Part shown: one piece after another, positions 39,787 to 49,904 of the stretch
Position numbering within the stretch: position 1 is the stretch's first letter
How the letters are laid out: every line of letters begins with the position of its first letter
Source: a virus
Virus record (IMG/VR): IMGVR_UViG_3300042301_003793
DNA: 64,000 nucleotides
Reading direction: 5' to 3' (one strand)
Notes under the pieces: generated by a model
Seen by the model: only the letters and a program-made list of their open reading frames with translations
Database searches by the model: none
What the model was told of the DNA's origin: nothing
Made by a program: the position numbers and the translations under genes

Positions 39787-41661
39787 TTATCTCAATTCTC
39801 TTAAATCAAATGTACGAACACCATCAACAGTAATACGGGCGTAAAATCTGTTGTTCACCATTTTTTTCGCATATCTAGTCATTATACCTTTGATAGGTGT
39901 AAAGTTGAATGGGTTATACATTGTAGGTGTCAATTGTAGAGGTACATACGGTGCGTAGATGTAACCTGTGTCTAATAAAGACGTTCCTTTGTGACCCAAC
40001 AATACTGTGTTTGGTGGGAAGTAAGGGTCTCTATACACTTGGTAACGACCAGCTAAAGTACCAACTCTCTCAATACCCATGTTGTATTGGTCTTGCTCAG
40101 GAGACGCGTTAGATACGTGGAAGTATTCTAAGTCATCAAAGATTGCAGAAACCTCAGAAGATACAACAATCCAGTTAGCACCACCTCTCAAAGTTGATTT
40201 GTGAATTTGTGCAGACAATTGGTTGATTGCAGTAATCAAAGTTTGGTTCCAATCTTTTTGAGTGTAAGAAGTTGTTTGTGCAATTCTTCTCCATCCGTTG
40301 TAATCCCATCTCAAGTTCCAAGCAGCACCTTTTCTCAAATCTCTCAAGATTTCTCTATCAATTTCAGCAGCAACTTGCTCAGAAAGTAATGCTGTAAGTT
40401 CAGCTTCAGCATCAATGTTATGGAATGCAGCAACGTCTTGAGCAAGCTCTGGAGACCATTGTGCTCTTAATTTTCTTTCAGATACAGAAACTGTTACAGA
40501 CTCTAAATCAAAAGAAACTTCTCCGATTTTTTCTTCAAATTCTAGTTCTTCATATCTTCTCCATACAGCTGTAAATGATGTACCAGAAGTAATTGCAGAA
40601 ATAGAAGAACCTGTGTATCCGTCTAATGAATCGCTACCACAGCTAGCACAAGCAGGACAAGAAAGGTCAACTTCTAAGAAGATACAACCATTTGCATCAC
40701 AGATATCGTAGAAAGATCCACCATTACCTGTGTTAGATGCAGTTCCTGAAGGACTTCCACCAGGGAAATAAGTTTGTGATTGTTGACCATATTCTACAAT
40801 TCCTTTACCATACTTTTGAGTTACAACTCTAAATAAAAGTGGTGTAGCGGCTGTAGGTAATGGACAAGTATTTCCAGATGCAAAACCTAAACCAGTGTAA
40901 TTTGGTAAGATTTTCAAATCTGAAAGGAAAGTTTCAGAATCAATCTCATTTCCATCAGGTCCGATTAATTTACCTGCACCTGGTACATTATTCCACCCAC
41001 AAAGTCTGATAAGAACTTTTCTTGTGTTACCAATATATTGTGGGTTATTGTCACCAGCGTTAACTAAGTCACCATTAGACCAAACAACAACTGTTGATGG
41101 AGCTGTAATTGCAGACCAACGACCTTTTGAATAGTCAAATAATCCACCTGGATCTAATCCTGGTTCAGCACCTTCGTAGAATAAATCATAAAGATTTTTT
41201 GCGTAAGGATATCCATTGTTATAACCTTGTTGTGGGTCATTTTGTGGTGGAGTTGCAGATACTGCTTCTGGAGATCCAATTGGTGGATAATGAACCGCAT
41301 TACCTGTAGTTATGTCAGTAGCATATCCTTGGATTTTAGGTACGAAGTAGAACAATTTACCAATTGGTAAGTTCATAGCTTGTACAGATACGATATCGTT
41401 AGCTAATAATTTAGAGAATACTCTTCTAACGATAGGGAAAACAACAGTTTCGAAAGCTCCGTTTGAACCTTCAGAAGTTGCTTCGTTAATTAAGTGAGAC
41501 GCTTGGTTTTCATACAACTGCGCAACGTTCTCTTTTAAATGTCCTTTAAGACCTTCTAGGAATCCTAATCTATCCCATTTGTTAATTGTATCTTCTTTGA
41601 TAACTTTAAGGTGTTTTAACCCAATGTTACCAACAAGACCTGATTCTAATAATGCTCCCAT
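39787..41661 (-). CDS. Major capsid protein (T4 gp23 family)
   Basis: LENQ-like LYENQA, IVSVQAMNLPIGKLFY, RKLRAQWSPELAQDV, EIDREI, YAPYVPL, MTRYA. Confidence 0.95.
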   Translation of the reverse strand: MGALLESGLVGNIGLKHLKVIKEDTINKWDRLGFLEGLKGHLKENVAQLYENQASHLINEATSEGSNGAFETVVFPIVRRVFSKLLANDIVSVQAMNLPIGKLFYFVPKIQGYATDITTGNAVHYPPIGSPEAVSATPPQNDPQQGYNNGYPYAKNLYDLFYEGAEPGLDPGGLFDYSKGRWSAITAPSTVVVWSNGDLVNAGDNNPQYIGNTRKVLIRLCGWNNVPGAGKLIGPDGNEIDSETFLSDLKILPNYTGLGFASGNTCPLPTAATPLLFRVVTQKYGKGIVEYGQQSQTYFPGGSPSGTASNTGNGGSFYDICDANGCIFLEVDLSCPACASCGSDSLDGYTGSSISAITSGTSFTAVWRRYEELEFEEKIGEVSFDLESVTVSVSERKLRAQWSPELAQDVAAFHNIDAEAELTALLSEQVAAEIDREILRDLRKGAAWNLRWDYNGWRRIAQTTSYTQKDWNQTLITAINQLSAQIHKSTLRGGANWIVVSSEVSAIFDDLEYFHVSNASPEQDQYNMGIERVGTLAGRYQVYRDPYFPPNTVLLGHKGTSLLDTGYIYAPYVPLQLTPTMYNPFNFTPIKGIMTRYAKKMVNNRFYARITVDGVRTFDLRELR

Positions 41662-41702
41662 TTTTATTTGTTTTTTGGCTTTATTTTTTATTTATGTATA
41701 TT

Positions 41703-41731
41703 ATAAATATACTGTACTTTTAAAAAGTTTA
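41703..41731 (-). promoter_or_regulatory. Putative late promoter of major capsid gene
   Basis: Minus strand TAAACTTTTTAAAA-N7-ATATTTAT; same arrangement upstream of scaffold gene. Confidence 0.55.
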
Positions 41732-43357
41732 TTTTATTTTAGTCATTAAGTCTTTCATTCGTAAAAACTGTGGATTTTCATACGTTTTTGATTCAATTAA
41801 ATTTACCGCAGATCCAGTAGATGGAGTAATCTCTACTCTTCTTTGTACTGATTCTGTGATTGTATTTTCACTAGCTTTTGGCGAATCTAACTCTGACTTA
41901 AGTGCTCTGTAAAGATTTTTAGATTCTTTTAAAGTTTCAGCATTGTCGAATCTTCTAAGAATATTAATCTTTTCTTGTTTAGTTGTTGAATGTTCTGTGA
42001 ACAATCTAGTTGCGTAAGCAAGGTTTGAATTAAATACAGCAACTTCATTTAATTTAGTTCTAAACAAATCAAGTGCTTTTCTGTATTCATCATTTTTTGC
42101 TCTTAATAATTCAAGTTCTTCGGTACTTTCTTTTCTTAGGTTAGCCGGTGCTGCTCTTCTTTTGTCTACACCAGGTTTACCCCAAGATTTACCACTACCT
42201 AAAGTTCTTGAAGCTTCTTTAAATTCTGATTTTCTCATAGAAGGTTTTACATTGAATTCACCGTCTAAGTTTTTACCCTCTTTATATTCAAATTTTGCTT
42301 TACCAGTACCCATAGTTTTGTTGGCGTTTTTCTTAACTGTTTTAAACCCACCATCCATGTTTGGTTTTTTACTCATTCTATATTTAGAAGCGTTACCCAT
42401 TCCAGTTCCTATAGCTTTAAAGGCTTTTCTTACGCTTTCCATTACTTCAGCATCACCTTTTGATAGATCAGACTTTAGTGTCAGTTGAGGTTCAAGTTCT
42501 TCCTCTTCGAATTCAAATCTACTTTTTTTACTTCCATCGAAAATGTTATCATCCTCTTCATCCAATTCTAATTCGTAAATGTTTTCAGTTGTTTCAACAC
42601 CTGACATTGGTGTGTCGTCGTCTTGAAATTCCATTTCTTCTTCCAAAGACGAATAATCAAAATCATCTTCAAAATCATCTTCAAAATCATCTTCAAATTT
42701 ATTAAATTTAAATTTACTAGCAAATGGATCTTGATTTAACATTCCTTTTTCTCTAATACCCATATCCAATTTGTTCATAGGCATATAGTCACCAAATTCG
42801 TTTTCATCTTCATCCTCGTCTTCAAAATCATCTTCACCAAAATGATGTGAATACATATCAAATTCAGATTTACCAAATTCTTTTAATTCACTATCATCCA
42901 TCATTGATTCAGAAAGTTGGATAATGTATTCTGTATCGTTTTCGTTATCAGATAAATGTATCATATTATCATCTCTTTTTACTACAACACCATCGTTATC
43001 TCCCATCGCTCTAAATACTCTTAAAACTTCAGCATCTGAAGCTTGGGTCATATCTACTGTGTCATCATCTGAAGGCATTACTGGTTGACCCATCATTTCA
43101 TCATCTTCTACATCATCTGTAGCATATACTTCGTCGTCAGTAAATTCTTCGTTATCAGTATCAGTGTCCTCAATGTCCACATCAACTTCTTCTTCATCCT
43201 CAACCTCATCTTGTTCTTTGAGAGATTCTTTTACTAATGAATTGATTTCTTCCTTCATCGTCGATGAAAGTATTCCTTGTGCGTTTCTTTTTAAAGACTC
43301 TTCCAAATTCTTAATCTGGAATAATGCGTCTTCTACTTCTCTTTGGTTTCTTGCCAT
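41729..43357 (-). CDS. Prohead scaffold/core protein (gp22-like)
   Basis: Highly acidic coiled-coil protein between protease and capsid genes; C-terminal LNEVAVFNSNLAYATRLF...MKDL; 12-bp x3 repeat at 42659-42694 (FEDD). Confidence 0.75.
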   Translation of the reverse strand: MARNQREVEDALFQIKNLEESLKRNAQGILSSTMKEEINSLVKESLKEQDEVEDEEEVDVDIEDTDTDNEEFTDDEVYATDDVEDDEMMGQPVMPSDDDTVDMTQASDAEVLRVFRAMGDNDGVVVKRDDNMIHLSDNENDTEYIIQLSESMMDDSELKEFGKSEFDMYSHHFGEDDFEDEDEDENEFGDYMPMNKLDMGIREKGMLNQDPFASKFKFNKFEDDFEDDFEDDFDYSSLEEEMEFQDDDTPMSGVETTENIYELELDEEDDNIFDGSKKSRFEFEEEELEPQLTLKSDLSKGDAEVMESVRKAFKAIGTGMGNASKYRMSKKPNMDGGFKTVKKNANKTMGTGKAKFEYKEGKNLDGEFNVKPSMRKSEFKEASRTLGSGKSWGKPGVDKRRAAPANLRKESTEELELLRAKNDEYRKALDLFRTKLNEVAVFNSNLAYATRLFTEHSTTKQEKINILRRFDNAETLKESKNLYRALKSELDSPKASENTITESVQRRVEITPSTGSAVNLIESKTYENPQFLRMKDLMTKIK

Positions 43358-43380
43358 TTTTATTTTTTGACTTTATTCAA

Positions 43381-43409
43381 ATAAATACATTGGTTTTTGA
43401 AAAAGTTTA
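43381..43409 (-). promoter_or_regulatory. Putative late promoter of scaffold gene
   Basis: Minus strand TAAACTTTTTCAAA-N7-GTATTTAT. Confidence 0.55.
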
Positions 43410-43421
43410 ATTTTAGATAAT

Positions 43422-43455
43422 AAAAAAAGGGAATAACTAATGTTACTCCCTTTTT
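43422..43455 (-). terminator. Intrinsic terminator
   Basis: GGGAATAAC-TAAT-GTTACTCCC hairpin flanked by A and T tracts. Confidence 0.7.
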
Positions 43456-43477
43456 GTAAAAAATATTTTTTAAGTTT

Positions 43478-43693
43478 TTATTCTATAACCTCATCAATTT
43501 TACTTTCGGTAATTGATGTAATCCTCCAGTCCATTGTGTAGTTTTCATAGATTTTAGTTACTTTTGCCTCAACATCTGTTGGTGTGTAACCTAAAACTAA
43601 TTTTTCTTCTTTTACTTTTTTTACTCTTCCAGATTCTGAATCTAACAAATCTGATGTAATCTTTGCTACAAAATATTTTTCTCCTTGTTCCAT
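43478..43693 (-). CDS. Hypothetical protein (DUF4494-like pattern)
   Basis: KKVKEEKLV...TDVEAKV...ITSITESKIDEVI. Confidence 0.5.
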   Translation of the reverse strand: MEQGEKYFVAKITSDLLDSESGRVKKVKEEKLVLGYTPTDVEAKVTKIYENYTMDWRITSITESKIDEVIE

Positions 43694-43701
43694 AATTTTT
43701 T

Positions 43702-44418
43702 TTATTTACCCAAATAATCGGATAATCTTTTCATTAAGTCAAGAGATTTGTTACCAGATCCACCAACATTTCTTTCTACGGTCATTCTTTTTTCTTCTTC
43801 TAAATTCTCATCAAATTTATGTCTATCATTTTTATCTAAAAATAAATAAGCACCAGGTGTTGACGGTGAAGAAACTAAATCAAAACAAATTAATTCAAAA
43901 TCATCTTGTACTTCATTTTGTTCCCCAACTTTTTTAAGTGACCCAACACCTCTAGAAGAAATGCCAAGTGTTACACCTTGTCTAAGATAGTTTGCCGCCA
44001 TATCACCTTTTGTTGATACAATCCCTCTTTCGTGAAAACCTGGACTTGTAAGTAATTTTAATTTACCCAATAATACTGGTCCGTCCCACCATACTTCGGT
44101 AATCATATGTGATACCCTATCAAGATCAATTAAAGAAGATTCAGGGTGGTTAAGTTCTGAAAGGGATGTTCCTTTCTCAATCATCTTTTTATAATTCTCA
44201 GCTTCTCTTTTTAATATCTTTTCTGGATAAACCCTACCATTTCTATTTGGGGTATCGTATTTTTGTAATACGGCATAGAACTCAAATGGTTTTGAATAAT
44301 CCAAGAAGTTTTGAGATTCCATAATGTAATGGTTATTTTGTGATTTTGGATTTATATATCCAGCGTCATATTCGATAAGGATTCCTTTACCAGTTTCGTT
44401 TGGTCCTAAAATTTTCAT
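43702..44418 (-). CDS. Prohead core protease (T4 gp21-like)
   Basis: PNRNGRVYPEKIL, SELNHP (His), VSHMIT, GISSRGVGS (Ser), DLVSSPS. Confidence 0.92.
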   Translation of the reverse strand: MKILGPNETGKGILIEYDAGYINPKSQNNHYIMESQNFLDYSKPFEFYAVLQKYDTPNRNGRVYPEKILKREAENYKKMIEKGTSLSELNHPESSLIDLDRVSHMITEVWWDGPVLLGKLKLLTSPGFHERGIVSTKGDMAANYLRQGVTLGISSRGVGSLKKVGEQNEVQDDFELICFDLVSSPSTPGAYLFLDKNDRHKFDENLEEEKRMTVERNVGGSGNKSLDLMKRLSDYLGK

Positions 44419-44439
44419 ATTTAAATTTTATTATAAATA

Positions 44440-44907
44440 TTAAACTTTTTCGGTTTTTACTTTTAAAGGTTTGGTATTTCCATTTTTTGTTAGATAAAAC
44501 TTAAAATAATCATTCTTGTTAAATACGTCTGAATAAATTTCTTTGGTGATATTTTTTAGATATTTTTTTAATTTCACTGATTTGAAGTCAATTTCTTGTG
44601 TTAAATATAAATTTATTTCTAAATTCATAAAAGATTTTTTTTTCATTTGTAATCCACTTGTTCTTAAATCTAAATCTACAATAAATTTATCGTCAAAAAG
44701 TTCTTTGTTTATGTTGTTAAAAACAGAGTGTTTAACACTTCTATTCATATTCAGAACAACTCTTGTCCAGTTTTCTGCTTCTTTTTTGGGTTCTACCCAG
44801 GTTTGGATATTCAAATAAAGTGATTTGAATTCTTTGGAATCTACTGTTCCATAACTTACTTTGGATGTTCGAAATCCGTTAATTTTTGAGGTTTTTCCCT
44901 TTTTCAT
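44440..44907 (-). CDS. Hypothetical protein
   Basis: 155-aa ORF. Confidence 0.7.
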   Translation of the reverse strand: MKKGKTSKINGFRTSKVSYGTVDSKEFKSLYLNIQTWVEPKKEAENWTRVVLNMNRSVKHSVFNNINKELFDDKFIVDLDLRTSGLQMKKKSFMNLEINLYLTQEIDFKSVKLKKYLKNITKEIYSDVFNKNDYFKFYLTKNGNTKPLKVKTEKV

Positions 44908-44989
44908 AAAAATTTTTCATAGTCTCAATGTTTATTTTAGTAAAATTTACATAATTTTGTAATATATATCAAATATAATAAAATCATTT

Positions 44990-45175
44990 ATGTTAATAGT
45001 ACAAGTAAAAAAAAACGACATCGAAAGAGCCCTAAAAGAATTAAAAAGTAAGGTAATCAGAACCAGACAAAATTCCCATCTTAATAATAGAAAAGAATTT
45101 ACAAAAAAGTCTGTCGAAAAAAGACAGACTTTACAAAAGGCTATTTACATACAAAGACTTAAAAATCTAGATTAA
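44990..45175 (+). CDS. rpsU: Phage-encoded ribosomal protein bS21
   Basis: 61 aa, MLIVQVKKNDIERALKELKSKV...RKEFTKKSVEKR...KA matches the bS21 pattern; inside head module on opposite strand. Confidence 0.8.
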   Translation: MLIVQVKKNDIERALKELKSKVIRTRQNSHLNNRKEFTKKSVEKRQTLQKAIYIQRLKNLD

Positions 45176-45888
45176 ATACTTCTATTTAGTTCTTGTAATT
45201 TAAAAAACGAAATTCTATCAAAATTTTCATTTTGTAGTCTATTTAATGTTTCATCTATTGTTTTAATAACTTCAGAATCCGCTTCATTTTTTTTGATATC
45301 TTCTAATTTATCAACAACATCTTCTTTTAGAAGTTCATATTTTAACTTTAATTTATTTTCATCTTCAGATAAAATTTTTGTTAAAGTCTTTTTACTTTCT
45401 TCATTTAATGAATTAATAAATTTACTTAATGTTTTATTTGCAACATTTACCAATTTTTCTACCGGTAAATTTTTTACGGTTTCCATTTGTTTCGGACTAT
45501 TTTTTAAATTTTCAAGAATAATTTTTTTACTTTTAACTTTATTTTCTAATGTTAAAACACTTGTTGAAAACAAATTATCTAAATTTTCATAATTATTTTT
45601 AGTTTTAATGTGTCCAACCCATAAACTTAATTCTTCTAAATTTTTTTTAGAAATTTTATTAATTGTGTTTTCATATATAACTATTGATTGGTTTATTAGT
45701 TCCGAAGCAATAGATTCGTTTAATCCCTTGTTACTTGATAGTTCATCATACAAATAATAAAGTTTACTAATGTTTTTATTTTCTAATACTAATTCATTAA
45801 AAACAAATAATGTGTTCTTAAAAGAATTTTTTTTGTATGACTCTGTAAGTAATTTTTCAATTTTACTTTTTATTAAACCAAATTTCAT
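45172..45888 (-). CDS. Hypothetical protein (head module)
   Basis: 238-aa helical ORF after portal; N-terminal IEKLLTES. Confidence 0.65.
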   Translation of the reverse strand: MKFGLIKSKIEKLLTESYKKNSFKNTLFVFNELVLENKNISKLYYLYDELSSNKGLNESIASELINQSIVIYENTINKISKKNLEELSLWVGHIKTKNNYENLDNLFSTSVLTLENKVKSKKIILENLKNSPKQMETVKNLPVEKLVNVANKTLSKFINSLNEESKKTLTKILSEDENKLKLKYELLKEDVVDKLEDIKKNEADSEVIKTIDETLNRLQNENFDRISFFKLQELNRSI

Positions 45889-45911
45889 AATTATTTTTAA
45901 TTATAAATATA

Positions 45912-47696
45912 TCAATCTTTAAGTATTTTTAATAATTCATTTTCCATATCACCAAGAGAACTATTTTTTATTATAAAATCATCATCATTTGATTCTAATA
46001 ATAGGTTTTCTAGTTTAGCTCTACTTTCTGGTAAACCACCTAAATCACCTCCTCCTGGCGGTGGTGGTGGTCCTCCTCCTGGTGGTGGTCCTCCTCCTGG
46101 TGGTGGTGCTCCTCCAGCTGCTTCTCCACCTTCAGTTGTTCCACTTACAGTTTTATATAATTTATCGATATTATCAAACAAACCAGTATGAGTAATAATT
46201 GTTGCGGTATTTGCAAGTTCTGCCGCAACAGCTCTTTCCATTCTTTGTCTTTGAGTATCCAGTTTAATATCCTCATCTGAAAACCCAAAAATGTGTTTTT
46301 TAGCCCAAGTAGCAGATGTTGGTGCTAATGTATTTGGGATTTCTGTAACCATATCTTTGTATAGTGTTACTTTTTCTTTCCACACATCAACCATTAAAAG
46401 GTCTGCTTGTTTTGATGGATTATTTAACCCTAAAGTAAAGTTTTGTAATTCATCTTCAAAACCTAATAGAAATAAATGAATGATTGCAACTTTATTTAAT
46501 TCTGATAAAATATTTTTTTGTATTCTATTAATTGTTCTTGCAAAACGAATATCAAGTAATGATAAGTTTTTACCATCACCAACAACTTCTTCAAAACCTA
46601 AATAAGCTTTTGGTATTCTTAGTGCTGTAACAAGTTTCTTTTGGATGTACTCAATATCCGCAATTTCCGATAGATTTGTTCCACCTGGCAAAGTTTCAAT
46701 TGGCATTGTTTGTGTTGCATCTCTTACTGGAATAAAATAATCTTGGTCAACAGCCATTTGATTAAACCTTAAATCGACATTACCTGTTTTAGAATCAACA
46801 ACCTGATCTCTTTTAAATTTGTTTGCAACACGTTGTACATATGGTTCAACATCTTTATCATCCATATTTCCAACAAATACTTTAAAAACCCTTCTTTCTG
46901 GTGCTCTAGATGTACGATAAATTAACATCGCATCTTCGGCCAATACAAGTTGTTTCCAAATACGTCTTGCTTTTTCAAGCATAGATGTACCATAAGGAAG
47001 TTTTCTATCATCACCAAGTAATCTAAAGTGTGCAATTTCAAAAGTGTTGAAAGACATATTCTTTTCTTTCCAGTTAAACCTTAATCCTTTTTCAGCTGGG
47101 TTATTTTCAGAATTTGCCGTCTTTGGCGTCATCCCCCTTTCTAATCTTTCAATCTCGATGTTTGGTAATTGTACACCACCAATAATTCCTTTTTCAGGGT
47201 CTAATTTTAAATAAACAAAATTATCACCATACTTACAAGTGTTTCTAATCCACATTTGTAAGTTTGTGTTAATATCTAATGTGTTATTAAATAAATCTGC
47301 AAGAATTGCTTTTATTCTTTTTGATTCAGAATATATTTGTAAAATATGTCCGTCTTCATTTGGGGTTGTAGATTCTTCAGCGTATATATCAAGTGCTGTT
47401 GAAATTTCTGGTGTGAACTCCATAGATTCGTAATCATAAAATGCCGCTAGTCTTGTTGGTTCGTAATAAATTGCTTGAGTATAAAGATTGCTTTCTATTT
47501 TTTGCCATTGATTTGATAAATATAGTGTTTGTTGAGCTTGGAGTTTTTCCTTCTCAAATTCATTTTTATCTCTTGTTTTTAATAGGTCTTGTTTACTAAA
47601 CTTATGTGTTGGTACATCTTGTCCTAATAATGAATTAGGACCAAATGCTTTATTAAGTCTTTGCCAAACTGTAAGTTGATTTGTATTTTGTTCCAT
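45912..47696 (-). CDS. Portal protein (T4 gp20-like)
   Basis: EISTALD, YGTSMLEKARRIWKQL.LAEDAMLIYR..RAPERRVF, DYFIP, IETLPGG, ALRIP; Pro/Gly-rich tail with 18-bp repeats. Confidence 0.93.
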   Translation of the reverse strand: MEQNTNQLTVWQRLNKAFGPNSLLGQDVPTHKFSKQDLLKTRDKNEFEKEKLQAQQTLYLSNQWQKIESNLYTQAIYYEPTRLAAFYDYESMEFTPEISTALDIYAEESTTPNEDGHILQIYSESKRIKAILADLFNNTLDINTNLQMWIRNTCKYGDNFVYLKLDPEKGIIGGVQLPNIEIERLERGMTPKTANSENNPAEKGLRFNWKEKNMSFNTFEIAHFRLLGDDRKLPYGTSMLEKARRIWKQLVLAEDAMLIYRTSRAPERRVFKVFVGNMDDKDVEPYVQRVANKFKRDQVVDSKTGNVDLRFNQMAVDQDYFIPVRDATQTMPIETLPGGTNLSEIADIEYIQKKLVTALRIPKAYLGFEEVVGDGKNLSLLDIRFARTINRIQKNILSELNKVAIIHLFLLGFEDELQNFTLGLNNPSKQADLLMVDVWKEKVTLYKDMVTEIPNTLAPTSATWAKKHIFGFSDEDIKLDTQRQRMERAVAAELANTATIITHTGLFDNIDKLYKTVSGTTEGGEAAGGAPPPGGGPPPGGGPPPPPGGGDLGGLPESRAKLENLLLESNDDDFIIKNSSLGDMENELLKILKD

Positions 47697-47736
47697 AATA
47701 GAAATTTAATTTATAATTATCAAATATAAATATTCA

Positions 47737-48039
47737 CTAGTATATAATGTTTTCACCACTTTCTGTTAGTATTGGCTCTTGTGTTTCAGTTAGAATGTAA
47801 AAAGTCTCAACAGTCGGTGTTGGACTTGGTGTAGGTGGTGTAGGGCTCGGTGTTGGTGTTTGACTTGGTGTTGGTGTTGGTGTTGGTTGTGGTATTTCCC
47901 TAAAAGTATCTTTTGGGGTTCCTCTTTTATATTGAAAAGTTGGTGGAAAATTTTTTACCGAATATATTGGTTGGTCAGGTACTACTAAATTAGCTCCACC
48001 AAATATTCTACCCGAAGTTTTTCTTCTATCTAATCCCAT
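47737..48039 (-). CDS. Small PT-repeat protein
   Basis: QPTPTPTPSQTPTPSPTPPTPSPTPT and C-terminal ILTETQEPILTESGENIIY. Confidence 0.65.
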   Translation of the reverse strand: MGLDRRKTSGRIFGGANLVVPDQPIYSVKNFPPTFQYKRGTPKDTFREIPQPTPTPTPSQTPTPSPTPPTPSPTPTVETFYILTETQEPILTESGENIIY

Positions 48040-48044
48040 TTTAA

Positions 48045-49817
48045 TTATCTTTTACCCCCAAATAACCAACCATATTTTATGTAATCATCTTTTGATGGTC
48101 CAGAATTCATTTTCATACGTTCATTAAGCATATGACCATTTGGAATTACTGGGTCAAAATGAATTTGTTTACCAACAGAATCGTTGTTTGCTACGGTCCA
48201 AGATTCTATCATAACTTTTGTTTTCTCAACAACTTTTTCTAATTTTGTAAATGAAGATTCACCAACATATATTGCCATTGAAATTCCCATTATAAGGTCA
48301 TCGTGCTGACCCCTTTGATGGTCAGGTCTTCCATTCACATAAACAAAAGTGTTCATCTCGTTATATAAACGAACACTTTTAATTTTAAATTTATGTCTAA
48401 CATACTCCTCAAAGGCAGCAATAATTTGAACACGTTTGTTGTTAAAATTTATTCCAGGGATTTTATCTTGATTTTTTGGATTATAAGACCAAATATTTGT
48501 AGAATCGACACCATCAATGTATAAATTTTTATACCCAAGTTCTTGCATTTTTCTTACCGTTGTAATTCCCATACCACCTGTTATATCGACAACACAAAAT
48601 GCGTTATACATTAATCCCCATTTATATGCAATTTCAGCTAGAGCGTCTGGTGGTATTTTCCCAACATATTCTAAAACTTGTTCTCTTTCATCAAAATCAA
48701 TTATTTGAATAGACGAAAAGTCTTCACTATCCCCACGGGATACGTCAACACCCATAATGTATTTATGTCCTTGTTCTGGTTCTTTCCACATCCACAAAGA
48801 ATTTCCCATCATTTTATTTGGGGCATCTTGTATTGTATTTGTTTTTATCCATTCCAATTCTTTAGAATCAAATACGTTATCACCTGATCCTAGAAATTCA
48901 CAGTTAAGCTCTTGGTTAATTTTACGTTTATCGTATTTTAACTTTTTAACCATTTTTTCATACCAAGTAGAACAAGGTTTATATCCTTGTGAAAAATATT
49001 CTTTTATTTTTTCATAATCTCTTTCATATGGGTCTGTATCGGCAAATGATATATTTTTAGAGTGGTCTTTTTCGTCTTTATTTAGTAGATAATCAACCAT
49101 ATCATCAGTCGGAACCAAAAATAAATCTTTAGAATATCTTGGGTCTTTCCACCAAAACATTTCAGAAATTTTAAAGTTGTTAATCCCTTTTACTGCTTGA
49201 TTATATACATCATAATAAATTGGGTCGTATCCATTCGGAGTTGAAACAACAATTACTTTACCACCAGTAGATAGAGATGCCATACAAGCAGCCCAGAAAT
49301 CACCATCAGCTTCTATAAACGCAGCCTCATCAAATACAAGTACCGTAGGGGTATAACCCCTCAAGGCATCTCTTGATGTTGCAACAGCTTTTACTTCACA
49401 ACCATTTGTCAGTTTATAATGTCTTTGTGAATTTTTATCTGGTGAAAATGAAGCCCCAACCCATTTAGGCCATTGGTCAACAAAGGCTCTAATTTTATTT
49501 GCCATTTCCATTGATGTATCAAGTTTGTTGGCAATAATCAATATTTTTTCTGGACGTTCTTTTTTGGCAAATACAAGTTTTTTTGAGACCCATGCCGCAG
49601 TTACTGTTGATACTCCGGCCTGACGATATTTTAATGCAATGTTTTCTTCGTAATCTTCGTAATCCTTGAGAAGTGATACTTGATCTGGGAATAACTCTAA
49701 AGGTACGTATTGTGAAACGGTATTATCATATGTCTGTAAGTATGTTCTTAATGCGTATGGTGTATCTTTCATACATCTTACATACTCAAGCATTATTTGT
49801 TCTTTTGATAAACTCAT
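48045..49817 (-). CDS. terL: Terminase large subunit (T4 gp17-like)
   Basis: KYRQAGVST (Walker A), LVFDEAAF (Walker B), VVSTPNG, GVDVSRG nuclease motif, HDDLIM. Confidence 0.95.
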   Translation of the reverse strand: MSLSKEQIMLEYVRCMKDTPYALRTYLQTYDNTVSQYVPLELFPDQVSLLKDYEDYEENIALKYRQAGVSTVTAAWVSKKLVFAKKERPEKILIIANKLDTSMEMANKIRAFVDQWPKWVGASFSPDKNSQRHYKLTNGCEVKAVATSRDALRGYTPTVLVFDEAAFIEADGDFWAACMASLSTGGKVIVVSTPNGYDPIYYDVYNQAVKGINNFKISEMFWWKDPRYSKDLFLVPTDDMVDYLLNKDEKDHSKNISFADTDPYERDYEKIKEYFSQGYKPCSTWYEKMVKKLKYDKRKINQELNCEFLGSGDNVFDSKELEWIKTNTIQDAPNKMMGNSLWMWKEPEQGHKYIMGVDVSRGDSEDFSSIQIIDFDEREQVLEYVGKIPPDALAEIAYKWGLMYNAFCVVDITGGMGITTVRKMQELGYKNLYIDGVDSTNIWSYNPKNQDKIPGINFNNKRVQIIAAFEEYVRHKFKIKSVRLYNEMNTFVYVNGRPDHQRGQHDDLIMGISMAIYVGESSFTKLEKVVEKTKVMIESWTVANNDSVGKQIHFDPVIPNGHMLNERMKMNSGPSKDDYIKYGWLFGGKR

Positions 49818-49904
49818 AAAGATATTTTATAAAATAAATATTCAGAAAAAAAATCTTTTAAATAAAATTAAATTATTATGATATTTATTTAAAAAATTGA
49901 AGTG

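Noticed and set aside
39014-41661. Group I intron or intein in capsid/terminase carrying the HNH
   Set aside because: Capsid and terminase ORFs are uninterrupted; the HNH lies beyond the capsid terminator.
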